DNA of 64,000 nucleotides from a bacterium (GTDB taxonomy: Bacteria; Fidelibacterota; Fidelibacteria; Fidelibacterales; Fidelibacteraceae). The notes beneath the pieces are model-generated. The model was not told the DNA's origin. It searched no databases and saw only the letters and a program-made list of their open reading frames with translations. The position numbers were made by a program, and so were the translations under genes. Numbering within the stretch: the first letter of the stretch is position 1; the number at the start of each line of letters is the position of its first letter. Of this stretch, positions 8,549 through 19,038 are shown in pieces. The stretch is from assembly GCA_963676395.1 (NCBI GenBank), contig OY781066.1:320001-384000 (forward strand), read 5' to 3'.

Positions 8549-9559
8549 ATGAAAAAATATCTAATACTATTTCTCACATTCATCTCAATGATAAATGCTA
8601 CTGAATTAAGCTTGGGTTTCAGTGGAAACAACAGAGGTGCAATGATGCCCTGCGATTGCACTATTCCTGCAGGAGGCTTAGCAAGAATATCTACAGTTGT
8701 CAACAATATTAAAAATGATCATATCCAAGTAGGTGCAGGGAATCATTTTTTTCATCATACGCCAATGAAGTACGACAATCAGATACACGAGCAAAAAAAA
8801 GCCTTTTTACAAGCTCAGTTGATGAGTGAGATGAACTATTCAGTCGTTAACGTCGGACAGTTTGATCTGTGTTACGGTTTAAAACCCCTCTACCAGATCC
8901 AGGATAATTTCGGTCTGGATCTCATATCGGCAAATATCGTAGATCTTAATGATTCTCACCCCTTCCCGGCTTTTAAAATAATTGAATACAATGATCTTAA
9001 AATTATGTTTATTGGAATATGCCAGTACACAAACGAAATGAACTTCAAGATCTTAGACCCATTAAAAACACTTATAGAACTGAGTAATGAAGGCGTATTC
9101 GATGAGGCTGATCTGGTTATTCTGCTTGCAGATGCAACAAGCAAAGTTATTTTGGATTTCATCACATATTATAAGGGAGTGGATATTGTTATTGCATCAA
9201 AAGAACATCGAAATACAATGTTGCCAATGAGATTCAAAAATACGGATTTGATACAACTGGGTTCTCAAGGTAAGTATTTTGCCAAATTGGATTTACGTTT
9301 TGAAAACTCTGATCATTCTTGGACAGACCTAAGCCAAGAACACGCACACATCTCCGAAATTCATCAAGAGCTTTCATTGTCAAATGAAAATCAAAAAACT
9401 CTTAGAAACAAAATGAAGAACCTTAAGAAAAAACTTCGAAGACAGATTAAACAACATCCCAATAATTACTATAATAACATGATTTTCCTTGATGACGGTA
9501 TAAATGATGATATTGCAATAAAAGATCGCATAGAAAGCCTAACAGAAGGGAAAAAATAG
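8549..9559 (+). CDS. Secreted UshA/5'-nucleotidase-like metallophosphoesterase-fold protein with a PCxC motif; metal motifs degenerate
   Basis: Signal peptide MKKYLILF (start 8549 after AAAGG preferred to 8480); G.MMPCDC...GGLAR; GAGN in place of DAGD; GSQGKY. Confidence 0.7.
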   Translation: MKKYLILFLTFISMINATELSLGFSGNNRGAMMPCDCTIPAGGLARISTVVNNIKNDHIQVGAGNHFFHHTPMKYDNQIHEQKKAFLQAQLMSEMNYSVVNVGQFDLCYGLKPLYQIQDNFGLDLISANIVDLNDSHPFPAFKIIEYNDLKIMFIGICQYTNEMNFKILDPLKTLIELSNEGVFDEADLVILLADATSKVILDFITYYKGVDIVIASKEHRNTMLPMRFKNTDLIQLGSQGKYFAKLDLRFENSDHSWTDLSQEHAHISEIHQELSLSNENQKTLRNKMKNLKKKLRRQIKQHPNNYYNNMIFLDDGINDDIAIKDRIESLTEGKK

Positions 9560-9687
9560 GTATTTATACACTACTGGCTTTAGAATTTCAAGCTTTGGCA
9601 CAAAATGCCCGATATTTGATCCCCAATTAAAAGAGCCTTCTCCATCTAAAGACAGACAAGGCTCATAATAGTAATTATAAATTTAAT

Positions 9688-12264
9688 TTACTTTGTAACC
9701 GTTACAACTCGACTACCGCGCCCTTCATGATTGAATGCGGCCACCTTAAAAACATCCCCTGCTTCTAAAGCCAGAGCTTTCTTGTAAGGTGTAGAATTAA
9801 TTGTCGGTTCACTACCATCCAAAGTATATCTAAGTTTTAATCCCGGGAAGCGAATATTAACCATCACTTCTCCATTCAATACGACTGCACCCGGAAGAGG
9901 AATGCGATAATTCACATTTAAACGATCAAGTTTTCTAAATTCATGTTTTCCTACTTTATTTACAAATGCACTCCAATCTTTTTCTCGAAGTAAATTAGAA
10001 TACGCTTTATCATCAATCGTAACCCAATAGGGTGTTTGTGACCATGCTCTTTCTGCGAGACCCAAGATCTTTGGGAATGCCATATACTCCATCCTATCCC
10101 AGGTTCTCATGGTTTCACTCCAAAGTGTACCTGAAAGGCCAAGAATATTATTTTTACCTTTTTTACTCAATTTTGTTTTGCCTATAAACATTTTAGGTTC
10201 GATCTTTTTTCCGTAAAGCGTTGTTTCGGCACATTTTGTAATATCAAAAGGTGTAAATTCCCAGGCAGATCTAGTATCGGTGTAACCGCCCCAATATAAG
10301 CCGGGTTCTTCGGGGTCACGATTATAGGCAAAATCAAAATAGAAGTTATTTGCACTCAGCAAGACAACCGGAAAACCTTCATTTGCTAATTTATAACCAA
10401 GATCTTCAGCTCCCCAACCCCAAACATTATTCCATATGTAGGCCTGGATCCCATCCTCAACAAGAGATGGATCCGGAATCTTTTTCTTACCTTCGTGCTT
10501 ACATGCCACTTCTTCCCAACCGGCTGTATGAATATCATACTTTTTCAACATTGCAGTCACGCGTTTTGTAAAATACTTGTGCAATTCCGAGGCATCATTA
10601 TAGTCATCTGACCCATCAAGAAATTCCTGACATATTGGTGAATATTTAAAAGAACCAGGTGGAACTTCATCTCCACCAATATGTAAGGTGGTAAGAGTTG
10701 CATTGGCTTCTTTGTACATCGCAACGAGTTCATCAATTACTACTTCGACAAAATCAAATGTCGATTCCATGCAAGGATTAGCTGTATTGTCGTGATACCT
10801 TTGTGCCGATGTATAATAAGTCGTATCATCAAAGTCAGTGAGTAAATATTGCTTTGCCATATCTTCTTGCCCTTTTGCCATGTAGCGATCATATCGCACT
10901 TCCATGGCTTTTACGGCAGAACGCATGTGACCCGGCATATCAATCTCGGGGATAACCTCAATATGACGTCGAGTGGCACACTTCAGCAATTCAATAAATT
11001 CTTCTCGGGTATAATAGCCGCTACCATTCCCTTTCGTAGGATCGGCAAAGGGACCGGATCCCAAAGTGGGTTGCAAGTGATCTTTTTCATCTTTTGTATG
11101 ACCACGAAAAGCACCGATCTCAGTTAATTCCGGTAACTGCTTAATCTCAACGCGCCAACCTTCATCATCGGTAATATGGAAATGAAGTTTATTCATTTTG
11201 TACATGGCTAAAATATCCATGAATTTTTCAATATTTTTTTTCTGGTGAAATGAACGACTTACATCTATGTGCATTCCACGATAATCAAATCTCGGATAAT
11301 CTTCAATATATAAAGCAGGTACTTTTAATTCAGTACCATCAGTCAAGTCATTATTCCCGATGATGGATAACAGACTTTGCGCCCCATAGAATGCTCCGGC
11401 TTTATCGGCACCCTTGATCAAGAAACCCTTGTTCGCATCGATCGTAAGCGCATATGCTTCCTTGGGCCCTGTCCCCAACATCATCACAATATAGCTGGTA
11501 TTAGGATCTGCTAACTTTTCAGGATAAAAAAGCTCCAAAACTGTTGATATACCATACATTGTTTTAAGTTTTTCTTTCAAAAATTCCGCTTCACTGCGCA
11601 AGTCATCCGGATAAAAGATAGTCATGCTTTCAGATAGTACAACTTCACCCTTCTCAACTTCAAATAATACGGGAGTCGGAATAACTGGAGATAGATCTTT
11701 CTCGGGAATTAATTCAATCCTATCATTTTGCGCATAGCGAATAACCGGGGTTTGTACCTTTAATTCATCATATGACCCACGACGAAGATTTTCGTTTGCA
11801 GGAAAAGGTAAAACCTTTGTTTCTCCACATGAAAGAATGATCTCTTTACCATGCTTATCTTTAATCACGAAATATGCTCCGGATATAGCATCTGATTTAT
11901 TAATGGCATAATGAGTTCCCAAAAGTGGGAAAGTAAAACTTTCACCCGGTTTGATTTCTTCAAATTTTCCTGTAGGTTTTATATATGAATAATCGCCATT
12001 CGTGGTTTTACCTTCTACCTTATCGCATTCCTGTTCATCTTTAATCGAACGGAACCAGGTAAAGTAGAATTCCCAATTGTCTTTAGTTAAAGTATATTTT
12101 GAATTATTCGTGAAAGTAATTTCAGATTTCAGCTGACTTTTACCCTGATATTGATTTTCGATCAGCTGCCAAGAAACCTCTATTTTACCCTTATTTTGAT
12201 CAGAGCATGAGAAGAGAAATAAAAGTCCCAACAGCATACTCATTAAATATAATTTCTTCTTCAT
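9688..12264 (-). CDS. Beta-N-acetylhexosaminidase/chitobiase (GH20), lipoprotein
   Basis: Lipobox LFSC; D.PRF.YRGMHIDVSR, HFHITDDEGWR, PEIDMPGH and the catalytic HIGGDE; C-terminal YTLDGSEP domain. Confidence 0.93.
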   Translation of the reverse strand: MKKKLYLMSMLLGLLFLFSCSDQNKGKIEVSWQLIENQYQGKSQLKSEITFTNNSKYTLTKDNWEFYFTWFRSIKDEQECDKVEGKTTNGDYSYIKPTGKFEEIKPGESFTFPLLGTHYAINKSDAISGAYFVIKDKHGKEIILSCGETKVLPFPANENLRRGSYDELKVQTPVIRYAQNDRIELIPEKDLSPVIPTPVLFEVEKGEVVLSESMTIFYPDDLRSEAEFLKEKLKTMYGISTVLELFYPEKLADPNTSYIVMMLGTGPKEAYALTIDANKGFLIKGADKAGAFYGAQSLLSIIGNNDLTDGTELKVPALYIEDYPRFDYRGMHIDVSRSFHQKKNIEKFMDILAMYKMNKLHFHITDDEGWRVEIKQLPELTEIGAFRGHTKDEKDHLQPTLGSGPFADPTKGNGSGYYTREEFIELLKCATRRHIEVIPEIDMPGHMRSAVKAMEVRYDRYMAKGQEDMAKQYLLTDFDDTTYYTSAQRYHDNTANPCMESTFDFVEVVIDELVAMYKEANATLTTLHIGGDEVPPGSFKYSPICQEFLDGSDDYNDASELHKYFTKRVTAMLKKYDIHTAGWEEVACKHEGKKKIPDPSLVEDGIQAYIWNNVWGWGAEDLGYKLANEGFPVVLLSANNFYFDFAYNRDPEEPGLYWGGYTDTRSAWEFTPFDITKCAETTLYGKKIEPKMFIGKTKLSKKGKNNILGLSGTLWSETMRTWDRMEYMAFPKILGLAERAWSQTPYWVTIDDKAYSNLLREKDWSAFVNKVGKHEFRKLDRLNVNYRIPLPGAVVLNGEVMVNIRFPGLKLRYTLDGSEPTINSTPYKKALALEAGDVFKVAAFNHEGRGSRVVTVTK

Positions 12265-12284
12265 TTAATATCCCTTTCTATATT

Positions 12285-13127
12285 TTATTTTTTCCACCAT
12301 GATGTAAAATTCTTTTTTATGCTTTGTTCATTCTTGATCACAGCCTGTCTACCTACGTCTATAAGATCACTTGCATGTTCGAAATCAAATTGGAAAGCAC
12401 CCTTATAAGCTTCAATATCTACCGTTGCTTTAACAGGTCTATGAGAGTTTTTCATTGATATTGACATCGCCCTCCATAATACATCCAAAGAATTTTTCAA
12501 ACCCGATTTTTCTACAGTCCTAAGAGGTGAGACATCTACCGATAGAATCTTTTTATATCCCATTTCCCTGGCAATGTTAACCGGCATATTATCGGCAAAA
12601 GCCCCGTCTACATATAAACCGTCTGCCAATTCATAGGGTTCAAAAAATGGTGGTATAGCCATAGAGCAACGAATGGCATCGGCAAGCTTACCTTCGATGA
12701 ACACTTTTTCTTTTCCACTTATCAAATCAACCGCATTCGTGGCAAAAGGAATAATCGTTTCATTGATATCAATATCATTCGTGACTTCTTTGATCTTTTC
12801 AAGGATTTTCTCTCCGGATTCAGCCCCTCGTTTACGCATAAAATTACTAATGGCATTCCCGGCTTGAAAAACTTTTACCAGTGGACCTTCACCCCATTTG
12901 AGAGTTGGCATAGTCGAGACCATTTCACGGATCTTAAGATCATTGGTCATAAATTCTTCTATCCATTCAATGGATTTACCGGATGCATACACGCCACCTA
13001 CCACAGATCCCATGGATGTTCCTACAATCAATGATGGTTTTAAATTTAGCCGTTCAAGCTCTTTGAGCACACCAACATGTGCAATCCCATTACCACCACC
13101 ACCAGAAAGAACGAGTGCCCATTTCAT
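12285..13127 (-). CDS. Patatin-like phospholipase
   Basis: LVLSGGG, GTSMG nucleophile elbow and DGA motif. Start taken at MKWALV. Confidence 0.9.
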   Translation of the reverse strand: MKWALVLSGGGGNGIAHVGVLKELERLNLKPSLIVGTSMGSVVGGVYASGKSIEWIEEFMTNDLKIREMVSTMPTLKWGEGPLVKVFQAGNAISNFMRKRGAESGEKILEKIKEVTNDIDINETIIPFATNAVDLISGKEKVFIEGKLADAIRCSMAIPPFFEPYELADGLYVDGAFADNMPVNIAREMGYKKILSVDVSPLRTVEKSGLKNSLDVLWRAMSISMKNSHRPVKATVDIEAYKGAFQFDFEHASDLIDVGRQAVIKNEQSIKKNFTSWWKK

Positions 13128-14307
13128 AAATATCACCCATTTTATTTAGTAGTTTGGAAAACTGATCCGTTTCAACTTCTTCTTTTACTTTTCGAGGATC
13201 GGCAATTATATAATAATGGACACGTCTGTCCATAAAATCTGTCGTTGTAAGAAATCGGCCATCAAGAGATATATCCATACCAGTGGGTTGGTTCCCTTGT
13301 GCCCAAGCTGTAAATTTCTTAAGTGAATCTGTTTCCAATACAACGATCTCTCCATCGCGTGGACTTGGCAGAGTATAGCCATCAGGATTGTTTGGACCTC
13401 GACAGGATACAAACAAATAATTTCCATCCGGTGTTAAACGAATTGTATTGGGATGAGAATCGACATCGCCCTTTGCTACGGTTTCACGCTTTATCCAATC
13501 ATATTTATATACTACTGCAAAGCGCATATCGTCATAATACAGCATTTTTTCATTCGGTTCATATCGGACATCTCTCATAGCTGATCGCCAAACAGGCATA
13601 TATTCAACTTTTTTACCGCTGCGAACATCGAAAACTTCAATTCCACAATCTGTACTTTTTGAACCACCATATAAAGTTACAGCCAGCGTATCGTTACCTA
13701 TCCATGCAAGACCACGTGGAATTTGAGATGTTTTTAAATTTCTGATGATGCGCTTCTTCTCTACATCAAAAATTGAAACACGTCGAGAGACCCAATGGGA
13801 CATCGCAATCTGTTCCTGATTGGGAGAAAATTCCAAAGATTTCGTCCAATCACCCCCGGTTTTTCTGGCATGGGATAAAGAATCAATTTCGGGATCATAA
13901 ATAAAATAATCTCCCGTAGTCATTCTGGTAAACCAAAATTTTCCATCCTTTTCACGAAAAACACCTTCGGCATAGCCATAATCTTGTTTAGGATCTTCAC
14001 ATTCCGGCGAAAGAGTTTTTACCAATTCAAAAGGATCTGTCGTATAGATTTGTACCGCCTTATGTCTTTGACCAAGAAGGGTAACATAAACATACTTCCC
14101 GTCAGGAGAAAAGGAACAGCTTTTAGGGGAAGCTCCCGTCCTGGCAGATTTTCTAAAATGTGGAAATTCAGGTGAATACTCCCAACCGGCTTCTATCAAT
14201 GAATCTTTTACCTGTTCGATGGTAATGAAATCACGATACATCAGATCCAGAGCAAACAAAGGTATAATTAAGGATAATAATATTATAAAAGTTAAAAATC
14301 GTTTCAT
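13090..14307 (-). CDS. Secreted YVTN/YncE-like beta-propeller protein
   Basis: Signal peptide; repeated blades FSPDGKYVYV, LTPDGNYLFV and ISLDGRFL. Confidence 0.8.
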   Translation of the reverse strand: MKRFLTFIILLSLIIPLFALDLMYRDFITIEQVKDSLIEAGWEYSPEFPHFRKSARTGASPKSCSFSPDGKYVYVTLLGQRHKAVQIYTTDPFELVKTLSPECEDPKQDYGYAEGVFREKDGKFWFTRMTTGDYFIYDPEIDSLSHARKTGGDWTKSLEFSPNQEQIAMSHWVSRRVSIFDVEKKRIIRNLKTSQIPRGLAWIGNDTLAVTLYGGSKSTDCGIEVFDVRSGKKVEYMPVWRSAMRDVRYEPNEKMLYYDDMRFAVVYKYDWIKRETVAKGDVDSHPNTIRLTPDGNYLFVSCRGPNNPDGYTLPSPRDGEIVVLETDSLKKFTAWAQGNQPTGMDISLDGRFLTTTDFMDRRVHYYIIADPRKVKEEVETDQFSKLLNKMGDIYEMGTRSFWWWW

Positions 14308-14801
14308 GCTATTCCTTAGAAAAAAAATGTACTAATTATTCTCAAAAATCGTCGCGATAAAATAACACATAAAACCTTAATTGACAATTGTATTATAAGA
14401 ATAAGGTCAGGGTAAAAGAATGAAATGAAAGATCAAAAAGAAAAATATACTTCAGTCAATGAACAATGAGCGAAACTGCAACACGTAGTGCATTCATAGA
14501 TTTAACACGAGGTAAACAATGGGTATCAATAGCCGTTCATCACTATCAAAACTGTCTTCTGTTTTTCATATCAATTAAATTATTTCAAAGAAAACACATA
14601 TAATCGAGGATCACAATCTCCAATTATAACACTTATCATCTTCCAATTAAAAATAGTTCGCAAAGCTCCTTTCCTCAACAGAAAAGTATAACGATCATAA
14701 ACTTCCAAGGTCTTACAACTTAGGTCTTACGATTCCGTTTTTCCTAACACTCCGAGCATTTTTTTATTATATTAAACCGCACAAATTGAGAGGATTACTT
14801 C

Positions 14802-16454
14802 ATGAAAAATTTATCACAATTACATAAGGCGAGAATCGGGTATAAACCCAAGCTGCCTTCTGTATTCCACAATGGTCCGGCGGTAAAAATCCATAAAGAA
14901 AATGCTACGGAATCTGTTGCGGATCAAGCAAAGATCAAAGAACTTTTTGCCACGACTTACGGTATGCCCGCCATCACGTTTAAAGATGATAACAATGCCG
15001 ATTATAAACCCATGAACATGGGACTTATTTTGTCCGGTGGTCAGGCACCCGGTGGTCACAATGTGATCGCAGGTCTTTTTGATGGTTTAAAAGCTTGTCA
15101 CCCGGACTCAAAACTCTATGGTTTTCTCGGTGGTCCTTCGGGTTTGACCGATAATGAATATTACGAACTTGATGAAGCATTTATCGCAGAATACCGTAAC
15201 ACCGGTGGTTTTGATATGATCGGTTCCGGTCGTACCAAACTTGAAAAAGAAGAACAGTACGAAGAAACCCTTAAAAACTGTAAAGCATTGGATATTAAAG
15301 CTCTTGTTATTATTGGTGGCGACGACTCTAACACCAACGCCGCTATTCTTGCGGAATACTTTGCCGCTAAAGATGCCGGCGTATCTGTTATCGGTGTCCC
15401 CAAAACAATTGATGGTGATCTCAAGAATGATATGATCGAAGCCTCTTTTGGTTTTGACACGGCAACCAAGGTTTATAATGAATTGATCGGTAATATTCAA
15501 CGCGATGCCAATTCAGCCAAAAAATACTGGCATTTCGTAAAATTAATGGGGCGTTCAGCCTCACATATCGCTCTTGAATGTGCACTTAGAACTCAAGCCA
15601 ACTATGCCTTAATCTCCGAAGAGGTCGAAGCTAAAAAACAAACCCTTGATGATATTGTTGAAATATTAGCCGATATCGTCGCTAAACGTTCAAATAACAA
15701 TGAAGATTTCGGTGTTTTTATTATCCCCGAAGGTTTAATTGAATTTATTCCTGAAATGAAAGAATTGATCACCGAATTGAACGAACTGATGGCCGACAAA
15801 GAAGATGAATTGAACACCATTGAAGATGCAGACGACAAACGCAACTACATCATCAAACATCTTGATGAAAACACATCGGAACTATATAGATCATTACCGG
15901 CACAAATCGCTGAACAGTTGATCATGGAACGCGACCCTCACGGTAACGTTCAGGTTTCATTGATTGAAACTGAAAAACTGTTATCACTGATGATCAAAGA
16001 AAGACTTGCCGAATTAAAAAAAGAAGGCAAATACAACGGATCCTTCAAAACACATTCACATTTCTTCGGTTACGAAGGCCGTTGCTCATTCCCCTCGAAC
16101 TTTGATGCGGATTATTGCTACGCTCTCGGTTACACCGCGGCCCTTCTTGCCGAAAACGGTTTAACCGGCTATATGTCTTCGGTACGTAACCTTAAAGATA
16201 CAGCGGAAAACTGGATCCCAGGTGGTACACCCATGACCAGCATGATGAATGTTGAAAGACGTCACGGTAAAGACAAACCCGTTATAAAAAAAGCGCTCGT
16301 CGAATTAGACGGAGCACCTTTTAAAGCCTATGTTGCAAACCGCGACAAATGGGCAGTAGAAACCTCATACACTTATCCCGGTCCTATCCAATATTACGGT
16401 CCTGCCGAAGTGTCTGAGATCAAAACAATCACACTTGAATTAGAACATCAATAA
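14802..16454 (+). CDS. pfp: Pyrophosphate-dependent phosphofructokinase (long clade)
   Basis: SGGQAPGG, GGDDS (PPi-specific Asp), PKTIDGD, KLMGR and GYEGR. Confidence 0.95.
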   Translation: MKNLSQLHKARIGYKPKLPSVFHNGPAVKIHKENATESVADQAKIKELFATTYGMPAITFKDDNNADYKPMNMGLILSGGQAPGGHNVIAGLFDGLKACHPDSKLYGFLGGPSGLTDNEYYELDEAFIAEYRNTGGFDMIGSGRTKLEKEEQYEETLKNCKALDIKALVIIGGDDSNTNAAILAEYFAAKDAGVSVIGVPKTIDGDLKNDMIEASFGFDTATKVYNELIGNIQRDANSAKKYWHFVKLMGRSASHIALECALRTQANYALISEEVEAKKQTLDDIVEILADIVAKRSNNNEDFGVFIIPEGLIEFIPEMKELITELNELMADKEDELNTIEDADDKRNYIIKHLDENTSELYRSLPAQIAEQLIMERDPHGNVQVSLIETEKLLSLMIKERLAELKKEGKYNGSFKTHSHFFGYEGRCSFPSNFDADYCYALGYTAALLAENGLTGYMSSVRNLKDTAENWIPGGTPMTSMMNVERRHGKDKPVIKKALVELDGAPFKAYVANRDKWAVETSYTYPGPIQYYGPAEVSEIKTITLELEHQ

Positions 16455-16465
16455 AGGAGCATAAA

Positions 16466-17554
16466 ATGGCTAACAAACCTAATTTGAAACCCGGTGTTGT
16501 TACTGGTAAGGCTCTTCTTGACATCTTTGAATATGCCAAAGAAGAAAAATTTGCCCTTCCGGCAGTCAACGTGATCGGCTCAAGTTCAATTAATGCAGCT
16601 CTTCAGGCTGCCAAAGAAGCCAAATCGGCTATCATGATCCAATTCTCAAACGGTGGTGGTGTTTTTAACGCCGGAAAATACCTTGATAACACAGATCAAA
16701 AAGCCGCTATTGCAGGCTCAATTGCCGGTGCTTTACATATTCGTGAAATGGCTAAACATTACGGTGTTCCTGTCATCCTTCACACTGACCACTGTGCAAA
16801 AAAACTTCTACCTTGGATCGACGGATTGCTTGACGCCAGTGAAGAATACTACAAAGTTCACGGCGAACCACTATTTTCATCACACATGATTGATCTTTCT
16901 GAAGAACCTCTTGAAGAAAACCTTGATATCTGCAAAAGTTACCTCGAACGTATGTCAAAAATCGATATGCTTCTTGAGATCGAACTCGGTGTAACCGGAG
17001 GTGAAGAAGATGGCGTTGACAATACCAATGTAGACAATTCACTTCTATACACACAGCCTGAAGAAGTGAATAAAGCTTACGAAATTCTATCTGCTGTAAG
17101 CCCTATGTTTACAATTGCCGCTTCATTCGGTAATGTACACGGTGTTTATAAACCCGGTAACGTTGTTTTAACTCCGAAAATTCTTTTAAACTCACAGAAG
17201 TTCATCTCTGAAAAACACGGTTTAGGTGAAAAACCCGTAAACTTCGTATTTCACGGTGGTTCAGGTTCTGCCCCCGAAGAAATTGAAGAAGCTATTTCAT
17301 ACGGTGTGATCAAAATGAATATCGATACAGATACTCAATGGGCATATACAAAACCCGTTAAAGATTATATGGATGAATTCGATGCTTATCTTCAAGCACA
17401 GATCGGTAACCCCGAAGGTGCCGATAAACCGAATAAGAAAAAATACGATCCCCGCGCTTGGGTTGTCGTTGGTGAAAAAGGTTTTACAAAACGTCTCGTA
17501 CAGGCTTTCGAGAACCTTAATTCAGTTGGTAAATTCGCTTATCTTAACGAATAA
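16466..17554 (+). CDS. fbaA: Class II fructose-bisphosphate aldolase
   Basis: HTDHCAKKLLPW, GGEEDG, GNVHGVY, FHGGSG and PNKKKYDPR. Confidence 0.96.
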   Translation: MANKPNLKPGVVTGKALLDIFEYAKEEKFALPAVNVIGSSSINAALQAAKEAKSAIMIQFSNGGGVFNAGKYLDNTDQKAAIAGSIAGALHIREMAKHYGVPVILHTDHCAKKLLPWIDGLLDASEEYYKVHGEPLFSSHMIDLSEEPLEENLDICKSYLERMSKIDMLLEIELGVTGGEEDGVDNTNVDNSLLYTQPEEVNKAYEILSAVSPMFTIAASFGNVHGVYKPGNVVLTPKILLNSQKFISEKHGLGEKPVNFVFHGGSGSAPEEIEEAISYGVIKMNIDTDTQWAYTKPVKDYMDEFDAYLQAQIGNPEGADKPNKKKYDPRAWVVVGEKGFTKRLVQAFENLNSVGKFAYLNE

Positions 17555-17562
17555 ATCACTAC

Positions 17563-17588
17563 AAGGCCGGACCTAATCGTCCGGCCTT
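17563..17588 (+). terminator. Hairpin after fbaA
   Basis: AAGGCCGGAC/GTCCGGCCTT 10-bp stem; weak U tail. Confidence 0.65.
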
Positions 17589-17612
17589 CAATTTAATTCC
17601 CATCTTAATATC

Positions 17613-17641
17613 TTGACTTATATCACGCTTTATCGTATAAT
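17613..17641 (+). promoter_or_regulatory. Sigma70-type promoter
   Basis: TTGACT-N17-TATAAT. Confidence 0.75.
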
Positions 17642-17645
17642 TGAT

Positions 17646-17664
17646 TTAGTAATACTATTACTAA
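17646..17664. promoter_or_regulatory. Perfect 9-1-9 palindrome at the predicted transcription start; candidate operator
   Basis: TTAGTAATA-C-TATTACTAA. Confidence 0.55.
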
Positions 17665-17690
17665 GCAAATAAAACACATAAAGGTTCGGA

Positions 17691-18050
17691 ATGAGAAATT
17701 ATTCTTTCTTTACAAAAATTGTCGTTAATCTAATCGCTTTTACCATCATCGGTACGATGTTTAAAGGTATACATATTGATGGTATTTTTACTTTGATCGC
17801 CATGTCGGTCCTCTTCGCAATTCTAAATGCCCTTGTCAAACCCTTTATAACGATCATTACCCTACCCATTACAGCAATGACTTTCGGAATATTTTATCTT
17901 GTAGTAAACGGCTTTATGGTTTGGTTGACATCAAGCCTTATCCATGGTTTTACCATTGTAGATTTTGCAACAGCCTTTTGGGCTTCCATTTTCTTATCGC
18001 TGGTCTCATGGTTAGCTGAAATGATATTTTTTAGAAGAGATGCAGATTAA
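17691..18050 (+). CDS. YvlD/DUF360 4-TM membrane protein ('phage holin family')
   Basis: LNALVKP...TLPIT..TFG.F.LVVNG signature. Confidence 0.88.
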   Translation: MRNYSFFTKIVVNLIAFTIIGTMFKGIHIDGIFTLIAMSVLFAILNALVKPFITIITLPITAMTFGIFYLVVNGFMVWLTSSLIHGFTIVDFATAFWASIFLSLVSWLAEMIFFRRDAD

Positions 18051-19038
18051 CTTACTAAATCATTCTGCCCAGTTTTGGGAAACAGATAACGGACATGTCC
18101 GTTGCACACTTTGTCCTCATCAATGCGAACTAAGCGAAGGACAAAGCGGCATTTGCATGGTACGAAAAGTTATTGACGGACAACTTTGTTCTATGGTTTA
18201 CGGACTCCCCTCCGCTGTGAGAGTTGACCCAATCGAAAAAAAACCACTCTACCATTATCTTCCGGCTTCCAAGACATATAGCATCGGAACTCAGGGATGT
18301 AATTTAAAATGCAATTTTTGTCAAAACTGGCACCTATCTACCCAATTTGGACACAGTAACGAAAAACACAGTCCTGCAGATATTATTGAACAAGCGCTTG
18401 AGCATTCTTGCAATAGCATAGCATTTACTTATAATGAACCCACAGTTTTTGCCGAATACATGATGGATATACGTGATCTTGCTAAAGATCATGATTTAGC
18501 CTGTATTCTTGTCACAAACGGTTACATAATGCCAGAAGCCCGTAAAGAGGTTTATAAAAATATAGATGCCGTAAACATAGATTTAAAAGCATTTACGGAT
18601 GCTACTTATAAAAAATATACGGGTGGCAGACTTAAACCGGTTTTAAACACCATCAAATGGTGTATGGAACAAAATATACATACGGAAATTACCACCTTAC
18701 TTATTCCCGGAGCAAATGATGATCCGGAATTATTTACAAAAGAATGTAAATGGTTAGTTAAAAATTGTGGTGAAAATATCGCTTTTCACATCAATGCCTT
18801 TCACCCAGAACATAAAATGATCGATTATCCCCGGACTTCCAAATCCACGCTCAAAAAATGTAAAGAAATTGCACTTAATGCTGGTTTAAAATATGTTTAT
18901 GTTGGAAATTATCCGGGATTTGATAATAATACATACTGTGCCGATTGTCATAAGGCCATCATTGAAAGAAAAGCTTATGACATCAAGGTAAATGAACATG
19001 AACAACATAAACTACCTGTAAAATGGAGTGTAACATGA
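18040..19038 (+). CDS. amrS: AmmeMemoRadiSam system radical SAM enzyme
   Basis: N-terminal CTLCPHQC...GIC, DPIEKKPLYH, CNLKCNFCQN and AFTYNEP. Confidence 0.92.
   Translation: MQINLLNHSAQFWETDNGHVRCTLCPHQCELSEGQSGICMVRKVIDGQLCSMVYGLPSAVRVDPIEKKPLYHYLPASKTYSIGTQGCNLKCNFCQNWHLSTQFGHSNEKHSPADIIEQALEHSCNSIAFTYNEPTVFAEYMMDIRDLAKDHDLACILVTNGYIMPEARKEVYKNIDAVNIDLKAFTDATYKKYTGGRLKPVLNTIKWCMEQNIHTEITTLLIPGANDDPELFTKECKWLVKNCGENIAFHINAFHPEHKMIDYPRTSKSTLKKCKEIALNAGLKYVYVGNYPGFDNNTYCADCHKAIIERKAYDIKVNEHEQHKLPVKWSVT

Noticed and set aside
8640..8665. Selenocysteine recoding in the UshA-like gene
   Set aside because: Both motif codons are TGC and there is no in-frame TGA.
14706..14730. Direct repeat AGGTCTTAC x2 upstream of pfp
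   Set aside because: Only two 9-mers; it could be an operator but cannot be told from chance here.
17691..18050. 'Holin' as evidence of a prophage
   Set aside because: YvlD-family genes are common chromosomal genes, and no phage genes are nearby.
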